64,000 nt of DNA. Source: an uncultured Nitrososphaerales archaeon. Lineage in GTDB: Archaea; Thermoproteota; Nitrososphaeria; Nitrososphaerales; Nitrososphaeraceae. Numbering within the stretch: position 1 is the first letter of the stretch; each line of letters starts with the position of its first letter. Below, in pieces: positions 1-10,336 of this stretch. The stretch spans positions 768,001-832,000 of the forward strand of contig CAVOHZ010000010.1 of NCBI GenBank assembly GCA_963695855.1, read 5' to 3'. The notes beneath the pieces were generated by a model, which was not told the origin of the DNA, did no database searches, and saw only the letters and a list, made by a program, of their open reading frames with translations. Made by a program: the position numbers and the translations under genes.

Positions 1-808
1 ACTTCTCCAGCTGTTGTGTTTTCGCATGCGTTTTTAACCCCTAAATCTTGTGACTCTCTAACTATTTCATAGATTTTTTTCATTTCTGAACTAATTCTCC
101 CAAGAGCAAAAGTTCTTGTTGCATCGCCAACATATCCTTTATATCTTAATGTTATGTCTACCACAATAAAATCACCCGCCTTGAATCTTCTATCTGAAAC
201 ATTTGAGTGTGGTAATGCTCCATTTGGACCACTTGCGATAATAAAAGGATTTAGAGTCGACCTGTACGAAGGCAAGCTTGCTTTCTTTTTTAAAGCCTCA
301 TACACTAGTGTTGTCTGTAACTGTCTTTCAGAAATTCCAACCTTTACCTCATTTATACAGACTTCAAATAAGTAATCTATGATCTTTGCTGCATGCTGAA
401 TATTTCTTATTTCTTCCCTATCTTTAATCATTCTACATTTAAAAAAAGGCTCATCATTGACAATGATTCTTTTTTTTTCCTATATGATTCCTCAAATATT
501 CAACTCTATTGTATTCCTCACAATCCGTTATTGACGAATCGCTATTTTTTAAATCTGATATAACAGAAAATAAAATATCATTCCCCCTTTCAGACTGAAC
601 CACTTCGCAATCCTTTGAATCTAGGTTAGCTCGAACATACTCTAATTTCGGAGTATATAACCTAGTCAGGTCTTGATCGACCAACAGGTACTCCCTCCCC
701 CCAAAATCCTGTAAAATAATAAATATTTTCTGGTTTAAAGGAAATTAAATTTCTACCTCCATACTTTGATACAGCTTTTAATATGTTTTTTCTGCGGTCA
801 CCGAACAT
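1..808 (-). pseudogene. Xaa-Pro aminopeptidase (M24 family), 5' part, with two +1 frameshifts; continues off the left edge
   Basis: Hand translation: ATG at 808 gives MFGDRRKNILKAVSK...KPENIYYFTGFWGEGV; after a shift near 690 it joins the track ORF 454..684; after a second shift in the T run at 470-478 it reads ...RMIKDREEI...IIASGPNGALPHS...GDFIVVDITLRYKGYVGDATRTF, which are M24 motifs. Confidence 0.85.
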
Positions 809-2032
809 ATTTTTAGGTTGTAATCTTATCTTTTATTCCTTTTCAATAATATTACGGGTATATTTGTTATAAACACGGATTAATACTTCAAATGGAAGTC
901 TACAGGTTTTTATACTAATCTAAGCAGATGGTTCCTATCATGATAGTAATACTATTTCAGTTAATATGATTTAGTACTATGAAATCAGCAATAAAAGTAG
1001 CAAAGAATGTTAGATGTAAAAAAACTAACTATTTCAAAAGAAATTTGACAGTAATGGGCACACAACTGAATTTAACAAATGGAGTAATAGTGACTCTTAT
1101 TGAAAAATATCGATTGTAGAATCTGTTTTTTCCTTCATGAAAAGATGCTTCATGAATATATGGCAGTTAAATTTCCCAACATGGTAAAGAAATGATCATG
1201 AAAACATCACTCTACAATCTGTTTACCTCCATAACATAATTCTAGATTAGTTTTTGAAAATGAAACTATTATGGCGTCAGGATTTTGGATATTATTACAT
1301 TAAACTGGAGACTCTTTCTTCATATGTCATTTAGACTTAGAATTAAAACAATTGTTATTTTTATCGGAAGGAATAAAAAATATGTCAAACCTCGTTTTCA
1401 ATAATATCCTAATCAATCATTTGATAATAGTCCTACAAAAGCAAACTATTGACCTTGAAAAATTTTAATAAAACTTTTTCATCCTGAATATTATAATATT
1501 TTTTCATTTTTTCTAATAATTTATCATCATAAAATATTGCTCCGATCATCTTATGTTCACTATATAATTTAGGTATTTTTTAAAATCATCATTGTAAATT
1601 TTTTATACTTGATTCACATTAATCATTTTAGCTGATTTTATTTATTGTACTTTCAACATGATCTACAGGAAAAAGATCACATGTATCTGCGTATGTGTTA
1701 TACTTTGATCTCGACGTTTAGATTAAATTGACAACTTCAGAGTTTATATCTTTTTTTGCCAAAACTAAAATATCTAAGATATCAAATGTAGATTTTTAAT
1801 TATTTAATGATAATTCTATGAGTTATAGATTTATTTCTTTAAAAAAAATTTGTTTTTATTTTTAATGATATTAAAGCCAATACGTTAAGTAACTGCAAAT
1901 AAGAATTTTACCTCGAATGTATAGAAATTTCATATCACTAAAATTCGTTATAAATTGGGGATTTCTAGTGCACTGATTTTTTGGTTGAATATATATTAAA
2001 ATATAGGTTCAACAGACTGTTATTGAAAAATC

Positions 2033-3175
2033 ATGGAATATTTGGTTATGTTGCCAGGTCCAACTAACGTTCCAAATCGTGTCATGAATGCTATGATTGC
2101 CCCAATAATAAATCATCGTAGCGAAGATTTTCGTGTTCTGTATAAGGGAATAATCGAAAAGACTCAGAAAGTTTTTGATACTTCAAGTGATATTATTCTT
2201 CTCACTACATCTGGAACTGGTGCAGTCGAATCCTCAGTAGTTAATCTAATAAAGAAAGGTGATAAAGCAATAATTCCAGTTAATGGTGAATTCAGTACAC
2301 GTCTAGCCGATTTAATTGATAGTTGGGGTGGAATGGCAATAAGGGTCAATGCGCCATTTGGTCAGAATCCCCCAATAGAAGAAATAGAAAAGGCATTTGA
2401 AGATAATAAAGATGTTAAAGCAGTTTATGCTGTGTACAATGAAACATCAACTGGCACTACTATAAGATATTTGGATAAACTCGGAGATCTTTCCAGCAAA
2501 TTTGGCTCATTTTTTGTAGCAGATGCGGTTTCAATACTAGGAGGAGATGAACTCCCAGTTGATAAGTGGAATGTTGACATCTGTATAGCTGCTTCCCAAA
2601 AGGCATTAGCAGCACCCCCTGGTGTATCTCCGGTGTCGATCAATGAACGGACCAAAAAATACATGCAGTATAATCCTTCACCAATACTTTACCTAAATTT
2701 CAATAGGTATTTTAAATATTACCAAGAACATATAGAGACCCCTTTCACTCCAGCATTACCTCTCTATTATGCATTTGATGAAGCCTTAAATATCATTATA
2801 GACGAGGGAATGACTAACAGAATACAGCGGCATAGAATATGTGCTGATGCATTTTATTCTGGTCTTAATATTTTAGGATTAACTCCTTTTGCTAATGAAA
2901 ACGCGAGAAGCAATGTTGTTATTGCGTTAAACTATCTCGACGGAATGGACGATAAGAAATTTAGAACTCTATTATCTGATAAATTTAGGGTTCTAGTTGC
3001 TGGAGGATTTGGAAATCTTAAGGGGAAAGTTTTCAGAATTGGGAGTATGGGTGAAGTGAATGAGTATCATGTTATGAGAACAATGTCTTCTATTTATTCT
3101 GCCATGACAATGCTCGGAATTGAAGTAAACAAAGAAGCGTTATCTGTAACAGAAGAAAAATTGAAAAAACTATAA
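2033..3175 (+). CDS. Class V PLP-dependent aminotransferase (serine-pyruvate/alanine-glyoxylate type)
   Basis: Motifs MLPGPT, SGTGAVE, NETSTG, DAVS, ASQKALAAPPG (PLP lysine) and FRIGSMG. Confidence 0.92.
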   Translation: MEYLVMLPGPTNVPNRVMNAMIAPIINHRSEDFRVLYKGIIEKTQKVFDTSSDIILLTTSGTGAVESSVVNLIKKGDKAIIPVNGEFSTRLADLIDSWGGMAIRVNAPFGQNPPIEEIEKAFEDNKDVKAVYAVYNETSTGTTIRYLDKLGDLSSKFGSFFVADAVSILGGDELPVDKWNVDICIAASQKALAAPPGVSPVSINERTKKYMQYNPSPILYLNFNRYFKYYQEHIETPFTPALPLYYAFDEALNIIIDEGMTNRIQRHRICADAFYSGLNILGLTPFANENARSNVVIALNYLDGMDDKKFRTLLSDKFRVLVAGGFGNLKGKVFRIGSMGEVNEYHVMRTMSSIYSAMTMLGIEVNKEALSVTEEKLKKL

Positions 3176-3236
3176 ACCATATAAACATTTTTAATTTTCG
3201 TCAAGCTTAATATAAGGTAAATTAATAGCGATTTTT

Positions 3237-4121
3237 ATGCCTTTTGAAAAAGGATCCCTAATACTATTAGATTATACTGCAAGAATCAAAGATAATAATG
3301 AAATTTTTGAAACTACCCGAGAAGAAGATGCTAAAAATTCGAATTTATATGATCCGGTAAGAAAATATGAACCTCGTCTTGTATCAATAGGAGAAGGGTG
3401 GGTTCTCAGAGGCGTAGATGAAGCACTTTCTACTGCTAATGTAGGCGATAAATTAGTGATTGAAATTTCTCCCGATAAAGGCTTCGGGGATAGAGATGCG
3501 AATAAAATACGAATGATTCCACAAAGAAAGTTGGGAGAAAAAGCTGCCGAAATAAAGGTAGGTGATGTTGTAGAGATTGATGAAAGGCCTGGTATTGTAA
3601 GATATATAGGTTCTGGGCGCGTTCAAATAGATTATAATCATAGACTTGCAAGTAGAAGTTTGGTATACGATGTAAATATTATCCAGAAATTGGATACAAA
3701 CGAAGAAAAAATAAAGAATTTAATGAAAAGACGTCTTCCGCTCAATGAAGAAAAGATAAAGTTTGAAATGCAAGATGATACACTCGAGATCGAACTTCCC
3801 GAAGAACTTTTGTTATTAGATGGATTACAAATAATTAAACGAGCTATTTCTACTGATCTCTTTAAATTTATGACTTCCCTTAAAAAAATTATATTCAAGG
3901 AAGTTTATAGTTTACCATCTTCTAAAGGCTCTCAAAAATTGGAAGCAACAACTGCTGAAGCAACAACTGCTGAAGCAACAACTGCTGAAGCAACAACTGC
4001 TGAAGCAACAACTGCTGAAGCAACAACTGCTGAAGCAACAACTGCTGAAGCAACAACTGCTGAAGCAACAACTGCTGAAGCAACAACTGCTGAAGCAACA
4101 ACTGCTGAAGCAAGAACCTAA
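3237..4121 (+). CDS. Long-type archaeal FKBP peptidyl-prolyl cis-trans isomerase with a repetitive C-terminal tail
   Basis: LDYTARIKD..EIFETT, GEGWVLRGVDEAL, PDKGFG and IDYNHRLA (SlyD/FKBP-like). Confidence 0.92.
   Translation: MPFEKGSLILLDYTARIKDNNEIFETTREEDAKNSNLYDPVRKYEPRLVSIGEGWVLRGVDEALSTANVGDKLVIEISPDKGFGDRDANKIRMIPQRKLGEKAAEIKVGDVVEIDERPGIVRYIGSGRVQIDYNHRLASRSLVYDVNIIQKLDTNEEKIKNLMKRRLPLNEEKIKFEMQDDTLEIELPEELLLLDGLQIIKRAISTDLFKFMTSLKKIIFKEVYSLPSSKGSQKLEATTAEATTAEATTAEATTAEATTAEATTAEATTAEATTAEATTAEATTAEATTAEART
3942..4113 (+). repeat. Perfect 15-bp tandem repeat GAAGCAACAACTGCT, 11 copies plus a partial copy, encoding (EATTA)11
   Basis: Directly visible in the sequence; in frame at the 3' end of the FKBP gene. 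Confidence 0.98.
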
Positions 4122-4190
4122 TTCAGAGTCAATCTATCAATTATTTTTTATCTGAATACTCTCATTTCTGACTATGTATGAGAACTGAAA

Positions 4191-5252
4191 TCATATTACT
4201 TGTACATCTTTGGCCAATTCATAAGCAGTTTTCCGATCTAATTTATTCTTGCTTAATATCGTATATCTTTCTGGTCTTAGTGATTGGGCAATTACTAATG
4301 CTTGAACAACATGATTTTCATCTATATTTACTTGTGATGCCTTAGTAGGTGCTCCTAGACTCTCAAGAGCTTCAATTATTTTCTCATAATCTAGACCTTG
4401 TAATTTAGCCATCATTATGGTGCCAAGACCAACCCTTTCGCCATGTAACCCACAGAAATTGCCAGCAATATACTCTACAGCATGACTAAATAGGTGTTCA
4501 GATCCAGAACAAGGTCTACTACTACCTGCAATGCATGCTGCAACTCCGGAACTAATTAAAGCTTCTATAATTGTCCTGACACCAATTTTCTTATTTTTTA
4601 ACAATTCTTTTGATCTATTCATTATAATTGATGCACTCATTTGTGCGAGATTGGCTGAATAAGTTCCGAAGTATTCGTTTTTTTCCTCCTTAGCCAATTC
4701 CCAATCTTTTACAGCAGTTAATTTACCAATTAAATCTCCACATCCGCTAGATAATAGTCTTATTGGTGCCTCTGAAATAAGCTTTGTATCTGCTAATACC
4801 CCTATCGGAGTTGTTACTTTAATGGAGTGAGGTTTATGTGTCCCTCGTAATGATACAAATGGACTTGCAATACCATCATGTGAAGCAGAGGTTGGAACAC
4901 TAATAAAAGGTTTTTTCAAATAGAATGCTATCATTTTTCCTACATCTACAGATTTTCCTCCTCCAACTCCTAAAATAATATCAGGTTCAAGTTTTCTTAT
5001 ATCTGTCTCTGATTTAGCTACAATTTCTATAGAAGCTTCTTTTCTAATGTACCAATAACCATTTAGACCTTCCTTATGGAATGTTTCGTTAACGTGATCT
5101 TCAATCCTTTTTTTTACGTTTTCTCCAGATATCAGTACAACGTTTACAATCTTGTTATTGATACTTTTTACAAAACTGCCTAATGAAGAAATGACATTAT
5201 CTCCTATTAAAATTTCTCTCGGTAATTCCATTAAATGAGAATTTATATCCAA
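4191..5252 (-). CDS. egsA: sn-glycerol-1-phosphate dehydrogenase
   Basis: GVGGGKSVDVGK, PTSASHDGIASP, SRPCSGSEHLFSHA and LHGERVG. Confidence 0.95.
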   Translation of the reverse strand: MDINSHLMELPREILIGDNVISSLGSFVKSINNKIVNVVLISGENVKKRIEDHVNETFHKEGLNGYWYIRKEASIEIVAKSETDIRKLEPDIILGVGGGKSVDVGKMIAFYLKKPFISVPTSASHDGIASPFVSLRGTHKPHSIKVTTPIGVLADTKLISEAPIRLLSSGCGDLIGKLTAVKDWELAKEEKNEYFGTYSANLAQMSASIIMNRSKELLKNKKIGVRTIIEALISSGVAACIAGSSRPCSGSEHLFSHAVEYIAGNFCGLHGERVGLGTIMMAKLQGLDYEKIIEALESLGAPTKASQVNIDENHVVQALVIAQSLRPERYTILSKNKLDRKTAYELAKDVQVI

Positions 5253-5331
5253 ATTAGTTTTCGATTCTATTTTATTCCAATAAAATAAATTTATTTCTTA
5301 AATTAATTGTTATTAATATTTCTGAATCATT

Positions 5332-5622
5332 TTATTTGTTTTGAATGGTTTCTGCTATAGCATAGCCCATTCCAACCCTTGTAATTTTTATTCTAACTTC
5401 GTCTCCTACCTTTGTGCCAGCTACAAAAATTACCATACCTTCTATCTTGGCAACACCTGAATCTCCTCTTTTACTCATATCTTCTATCTTAACATCATAT
5501 TCTTCGCCTACTTTTACTGGGATCCTAAAGGATCTAAATTTGCGAAAACCTCCATCCTTTTCCCCATCCTCTCTAGTGGAATTCTTATTTTCTAAACTAT
5601 TTTCTCTATCCACGTTTTCCAA
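5332..5622 (-). CDS. Single TRAM-domain RNA-binding protein
   Basis: PVKVGEEYDVKIEDMSKRGD.GVAKIEG..IFV.GTKVGDEV.IKIT pattern. Confidence 0.9.
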   Translation of the reverse strand: MENVDRENSLENKNSTREDGEKDGGFRKFRSFRIPVKVGEEYDVKIEDMSKRGDSGVAKIEGMVIFVAGTKVGDEVRIKITRVGMGYAIAETIQNK

Positions 5623-5772
5623 TCTCTATTCGTATCTGACTTATTATCCATTACTATTTCAACTTTTTTTTTATTAATAGTAAAGGATAAATATTTTCAC
5701 TATTAATTTATTACAATTGATTTATATTCCATATAGATTTTTTTTAACTTTAAAAAATTATAGGAAAATAAT

Positions 5773-7647
5773 ATGACGTTTACAAATTTCGATAATGAAA
5801 ATACAAATCAAAATATAATGACCGTTATTTTGAAAAGCCTTCCAAAAGAATCAGGATTGACTAAAATTGAATATGAAGGACCGGCAATAGCCCTTTACAC
5901 TCGTAATCCGAAATTTTTGATTGAAAATTCTCAAGCTTTGACAAATATGGTTAGTATCATCCGAAAAAGGATTGTGATTAGAACCGACGAATCCATAAGA
6001 AAATCGGAAAAAGAAGCATCATTCATCATACAAAAATACTTTAATTCAAATAATATAAAAAAGATTTTTTTTGACTATGCATTAGGTGAAATAACGATTT
6101 ACACGAACGATCTTTCAGAACGTGCGTCAAAAGATGGGATTTTGAATATTCTAGACCTAGTTGCTGAAACAGGATGGAAGATCAAGATCAGAAAATCTCC
6201 AAAGATCCTTTCTTCAATTCAATTCATAAATAAAGTATTGAACGATGCTACTGATTATCGAATAAAATTTTATAAAAAAGTTGGGGAAAATCTTTTTCGA
6301 TCAAAGCTAAGTAATATTCATGAAGCTAGTCTGTTAGCGTTGGGAGGCTTTGGAGAAATAGGCAGATCATGTTTTTTACTCGTTACTAGTGAAAGCAAAA
6401 TTTTATTGGATTGTGGAATTAATGTTCAAGAGAACAGATCAATACAACACTTCCCAAGATTGGATATTACGGGTTTTCGAATTGAAGAAATCGATGGGGT
6501 AGTAATTAGTCATGCACATATAGACCATATCGGATTTCTACCTTTTCTTTTTAAATACGGATATCGTGGACCAATCTATTGTACAGAACCGACATTGCCT
6601 TTAATGGCTTTGCTTTTTCTAGATTATTGCAAATATCATGATATATACTCGAACGATGATATTAAAAATGTCATAATACATACTATTATAGTGAATCCAA
6701 ATGAAGTGACTGATATAACACCGGATATTAAATTAACATTATATAATTCTGGACACATTTTAGGTTCAGTATCTACTCACCTTCATATTGGAAATGGTGA
6801 TCACAATGTTGTATATACTAGTGATTTAAAATTCGGGAAAACTAATCTACTGGATAATGCATCTTGGAATTTTCCGCGAGTAGAAACATTGATAATTGAA
6901 GGCACTTTTGGAAGTAGGGATTACCCATATAAACGTGATGAATATGGTCCATTTTTGATTGAAAGCATTAATCAGACTCTTAGATCAAACGGAAAAGTTC
7001 TAATTCCAATTCCAATTATAGGCCTTTCTCAGGAACTTATATACATATTAAACCAATATCAAAATTCTGGTGCATTGGATCCAGTACCTATATTTGTGGA
7101 TAATTCCATTCTTGAATCTACCAATATTTATGAAATGTATCATGAGTATCTTTCAAAAGATCTAAAAGAAAAACTGCCGATATACAATACAAACATATTC
7201 AATCATGACAATCTTGTATCAATTCCATCTAGGTCGAAAGTCGATAAACCCGCAGTTATTTTAGCTCCGTCTTCAATGTTGATAGGAGGAACTTCCGTCA
7301 GGATCTTGAAACAAATATGTAAAGATCCAACTAACAAAATTTTATTACTATCTTATCAAGCTCAAGGAACACCAGGAAATGAAATTCAATTAGGAGCCAA
7401 AGAGATTTTCATTAATGAACAAAAAATTGATATTAGATGTAAAGTTGATTTTATCCATGGCTTTAGTAATCATAGTGACTACAATCAGCTTCTCGCCTAT
7501 GTTAGCCGTCTAAAGCCAAAACTTAAACGGGTAATTGTAAATCATGGAGAAAAACCTCGAGTCCAAAATTTAGCCGTTTCCATTAACAAGACTCTTAATA
7601 TTCCTTGTCATTATCTTTTAGTACCTGAAGCAACAAAACTATTATGA
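5773..7647 (+). CDS. KH-domain beta-CASP ribonuclease (aCPSF1/FttA-like)
   Basis: N-terminal KH region (IEYEGP..ALYT), LGGFGEIGRSC, SHAHIDHIG, SGHILGS, FSNHSD and NHGE. Confidence 0.9.
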   Translation: MTFTNFDNENTNQNIMTVILKSLPKESGLTKIEYEGPAIALYTRNPKFLIENSQALTNMVSIIRKRIVIRTDESIRKSEKEASFIIQKYFNSNNIKKIFFDYALGEITIYTNDLSERASKDGILNILDLVAETGWKIKIRKSPKILSSIQFINKVLNDATDYRIKFYKKVGENLFRSKLSNIHEASLLALGGFGEIGRSCFLLVTSESKILLDCGINVQENRSIQHFPRLDITGFRIEEIDGVVISHAHIDHIGFLPFLFKYGYRGPIYCTEPTLPLMALLFLDYCKYHDIYSNDDIKNVIIHTIIVNPNEVTDITPDIKLTLYNSGHILGSVSTHLHIGNGDHNVVYTSDLKFGKTNLLDNASWNFPRVETLIIEGTFGSRDYPYKRDEYGPFLIESINQTLRSNGKVLIPIPIIGLSQELIYILNQYQNSGALDPVPIFVDNSILESTNIYEMYHEYLSKDLKEKLPIYNTNIFNHDNLVSIPSRSKVDKPAVILAPSSMLIGGTSVRILKQICKDPTNKILLLSYQAQGTPGNEIQLGAKEIFINEQKIDIRCKVDFIHGFSNHSDYNQLLAYVSRLKPKLKRVIVNHGEKPRVQNLAVSINKTLNIPCHYLLVPEATKLL

Positions 7648-7728
7648 CCAGCAAGATATTCAATTTCATTTGCTTTTTCTTTAACGCCAGGCATTAGACT
7701 TAAACATGCTAGTCTTTCTTTAAATGAT

Positions 7729-8442
7729 ATGAATAAGGAAAATTCTATCAAGTCTTCGCTAGACCTTATTTCTAAAAAATGGTATATTGATCCAAAAATC
7801 TATGATATTCATCTGGGAAAACGAAAGGATGTAATAGATACATTAATTCAGATCAATCAAGTTATCTTTCACATTCCGAAGTTATCTGATGACAACGTTT
7901 TTGTAATATGGAAGTGTTTGTGGCCAGATTGTCATAATTGTTGTGAAAAACAAGGCCGATTGCCATTAACAAAAGATGATATTAATAACCTTACCAAAAA
8001 ACTCGGATATCCTTCAAAACCCGAGTTCATAAGAAATGAAACTAACATATCAACTTGGGAAGAAGAGGGTAACTTTGGTAATTTAATTACTATTATAACA
8101 ATGATCTCCTTAAGAAGAAAAAAAGATGAAAAAATCGAAGATGATGGAAATCCTATTAGATGCAGATTTTTAGATAAGGAAGGATATTGTCAAATTCAAT
8201 CAGATAAACCTGGTGTTTGTTGGTTATATCCATTTGCTTCTTGGACAGAATCTTCTAATGGAAAACCCCTAGTTCATGCTACTTTTCAATTTACAGGAGA
8301 TTGTCCTGGTTATTATCTCAGTGAAACAATAGATGACTTGATTCCAATATTAAATGAATATTCGACCAAAATCTATAATTACAATATGAGTGTTAATAGG
8401 ACGGTAAGAGATGGTTTAGGTATCTCTAATATTATTTACTAA
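7729..8442 (+). CDS. YkgJ-like cysteine-cluster (putative Fe-S/Zn) protein
   Basis: CxxxxCxxCC ... CRFLD..GYC.I...KPGVCWLYPF ... CPG pattern. Confidence 0.8.
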   Translation: MNKENSIKSSLDLISKKWYIDPKIYDIHLGKRKDVIDTLIQINQVIFHIPKLSDDNVFVIWKCLWPDCHNCCEKQGRLPLTKDDINNLTKKLGYPSKPEFIRNETNISTWEEEGNFGNLITIITMISLRRKKDEKIEDDGNPIRCRFLDKEGYCQIQSDKPGVCWLYPFASWTESSNGKPLVHATFQFTGDCPGYYLSETIDDLIPILNEYSTKIYNYNMSVNRTVRDGLGISNIIY

Positions 8443-8572
8443 TCTTTCTTTGAGGTTAAAAAATTTGATATTTTGACACTATAAGTTAGACATGTTAATA
8501 AATAGCTTTTGTAGATAAAGCAGATAGATTTAGATTTTTTTCATCAAATGTCATTAGATAAACTAAATATTT

Positions 8573-8998
8573 ATGCAAGTCGCACTAGGTATTATGAATT
8601 CCAGTATTAACAATCCATCCAATCTCAAGACAGGAGCAGATTTATTGTTAAAAGGAGGATCTCTATTAGATATTTCTTGTAATAATTGCGGCGGGGTACA
8701 AATTCGCTACAAGACAAAAATAATATGCATTAATTGCGGCAAAGAGACACCAGAAAGTAAAGATGATGTTGGCACAAATTCTTTGGACCTACATTCTGAA
8801 AAAAACAAAGCTCATGAAAATCAATCAAATCCTAATATCGCCATCTCAGGATTTGACAAAATCATCATTCAAAAAATCTCAAATTTGTTGGATAGCCTAA
8901 AGGATGATAACGATCTTTTAAATCAAAGTACCAAGCTAGAACTGATAATTAAATACATGGAAATACTAGAAAAAATCCATAAAATTTTAAAAACTTAA
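8573..8998 (+). CDS. UPF0148 / autoantigen-p27-like Zn-ribbon protein
   Basis: GADLLLKGGSLL...CNNCGG....CINC followed by a helical C-terminus. Confidence 0.78.
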   Translation: MQVALGIMNSSINNPSNLKTGADLLLKGGSLLDISCNNCGGVQIRYKTKIICINCGKETPESKDDVGTNSLDLHSEKNKAHENQSNPNIAISGFDKIIIQKISNLLDSLKDDNDLLNQSTKLELIIKYMEILEKIHKILKT

Positions 8999-9047
8999 AA
9001 CAATCCCTTGTTTTTTGGATTGTGTCCTGATGATTGGCACAAATTAA

Positions 9048-10112
9048 CTAAATTCTCATATTTTCAACATGTTGACTCTCCATTGGAAGAATTTTGACTT
9101 CTTTTTCATTATCATCAGTAATTATTCTTACTATGGATAGATCATTCTTTGGTGCATCGGAATATCTTAGTCCTATTCTTGCAGAAATCTCAATTTCATC
9201 CTCTGTTGTTTCCTTAGCTCTCATTAAACATGTTGGACCGACATAATCTTTTACTTTTAAAATTATATCCTTGTTTAATTTCATCGTATCTATCATATCA
9301 TTCTCCTGCTTGTTTCTACCAACAATAAGTTTACTATTTTTGGACAATCTGAAATGTCTTCCTATTTTTAATAATTCAATGTCGTTCGTATCAGGTATAT
9401 CGTTACTGTGGAAATAAAGATCTCGTACTCTTTTAGAAAATGCGGGATCCGTTAATAAACATCCACCAGCAGAATTTGGAGGGTTGATGATTTCAAATTT
9501 CTCAGCTAATTTCAATTGAACCTTTCTAGATCTGCCTGTAATATTTCCTAAAAATTCTCTTTTGATCAACCCATCTTTTTCCGCTTGTGTAACAGGTAAT
9601 TTTTTAAATGATAGTGGTCTTACTATCAATCCATTAGTACCTGTTTCCTTTTCGATTATTTTTAAAGCATTACTATTTTGACTCATTGGCCTTTGACCTA
9701 AAACCTCACCAGTAATGATAAAATCGGCATCTATTTTTTTCATATGATCTTTAGCTGCCAAATACATCATACTCCTGCAATCAATGCAAGGATTCATTCC
9801 CGAACCATAACCATATTTGGGATTTTTTAACATTTTCAGATATTCTCGACCAAAATAAACAGTTTTCAGACTGACTCCCAATTCTTCAGCAACCTCTTGA
9901 ACCCGATGGCCGCAACCTTTTCCACAGTCAAAATCACAAAATGGTGTTTTGATTGCTATAGCTTCAACTTCTATCCCTTGCTCTTGTATCATTCTTATTG
10001 CTAAATTACTATCCAACCCACCAGATAACAATGCTACCGCCTTCAACTTAGTTTTTTTGTCTTTAGATATTTTTTGTATAAATTCACTCGATTTGCTATG
10101 GGCAGGCTTCAT
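9048..10112 (-). CDS. ThiI/MnmA-like PP-loop tRNA sulfurtransferase family protein
   Basis: ALLSGGLDS PP-loop, NPCIDCR, TGEVLGQRPMSQ, AGGCLLTDP and GRHFR. Confidence 0.82.
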   Translation of the reverse strand: MKPAHSKSSEFIQKISKDKKTKLKAVALLSGGLDSNLAIRMIQEQGIEVEAIAIKTPFCDFDCGKGCGHRVQEVAEELGVSLKTVYFGREYLKMLKNPKYGYGSGMNPCIDCRSMMYLAAKDHMKKIDADFIITGEVLGQRPMSQNSNALKIIEKETGTNGLIVRPLSFKKLPVTQAEKDGLIKREFLGNITGRSRKVQLKLAEKFEIINPPNSAGGCLLTDPAFSKRVRDLYFHSNDIPDTNDIELLKIGRHFRLSKNSKLIVGRNKQENDMIDTMKLNKDIILKVKDYVGPTCLMRAKETTEDEIEISARIGLRYSDAPKNDLSIVRIITDDNEKEVKILPMESQHVENMRI

Positions 10113-10195
10113 AAACTTTTTAAATTATTAATCTATATTTATTGTTAAGTTAATAAATATAAAATATATTAATGACAAAAATTAGTAAATGAATT

Positions 10196-10336
10196 ATGGT
10201 TCTAGAATCAATACCCAATTTTGATTCCTACGTGTGGATCGCAGTAGGTTTATTCATCGCAGGTCTATTTTCGATAATGGTTTATGAAAAATCTAATTCA
10301 CAATCAAAACAGGAGAAATCAACAGATCGTCAATAA
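10196..10336 (+). CDS. Small 46-aa single-pass membrane protein (not in the ORF track)
   Basis: Hand translation MVLESIPNFDSYVWIAVGLFIAGLFSIMVYEKSNSQSKQEKSTDRQ*; one hydrophobic helix and a polar tail; overlaps the Lhr ORF start in another frame. Confidence 0.6.
   Translation: MVLESIPNFDSYVWIAVGLFIAGLFSIMVYEKSNSQSKQEKSTDRQ

Noticed and set aside
850-2000. Long gene-free AT-rich gap as a hidden gene or ncRNA
   Set aside because: No convincing ORF, repeat or stable structure could be read.
3922-4113. Track ORF MLQQLLLQQLLL...
   Set aside because: It is the antisense reading of the EATTA repeat inside the FKBP gene.
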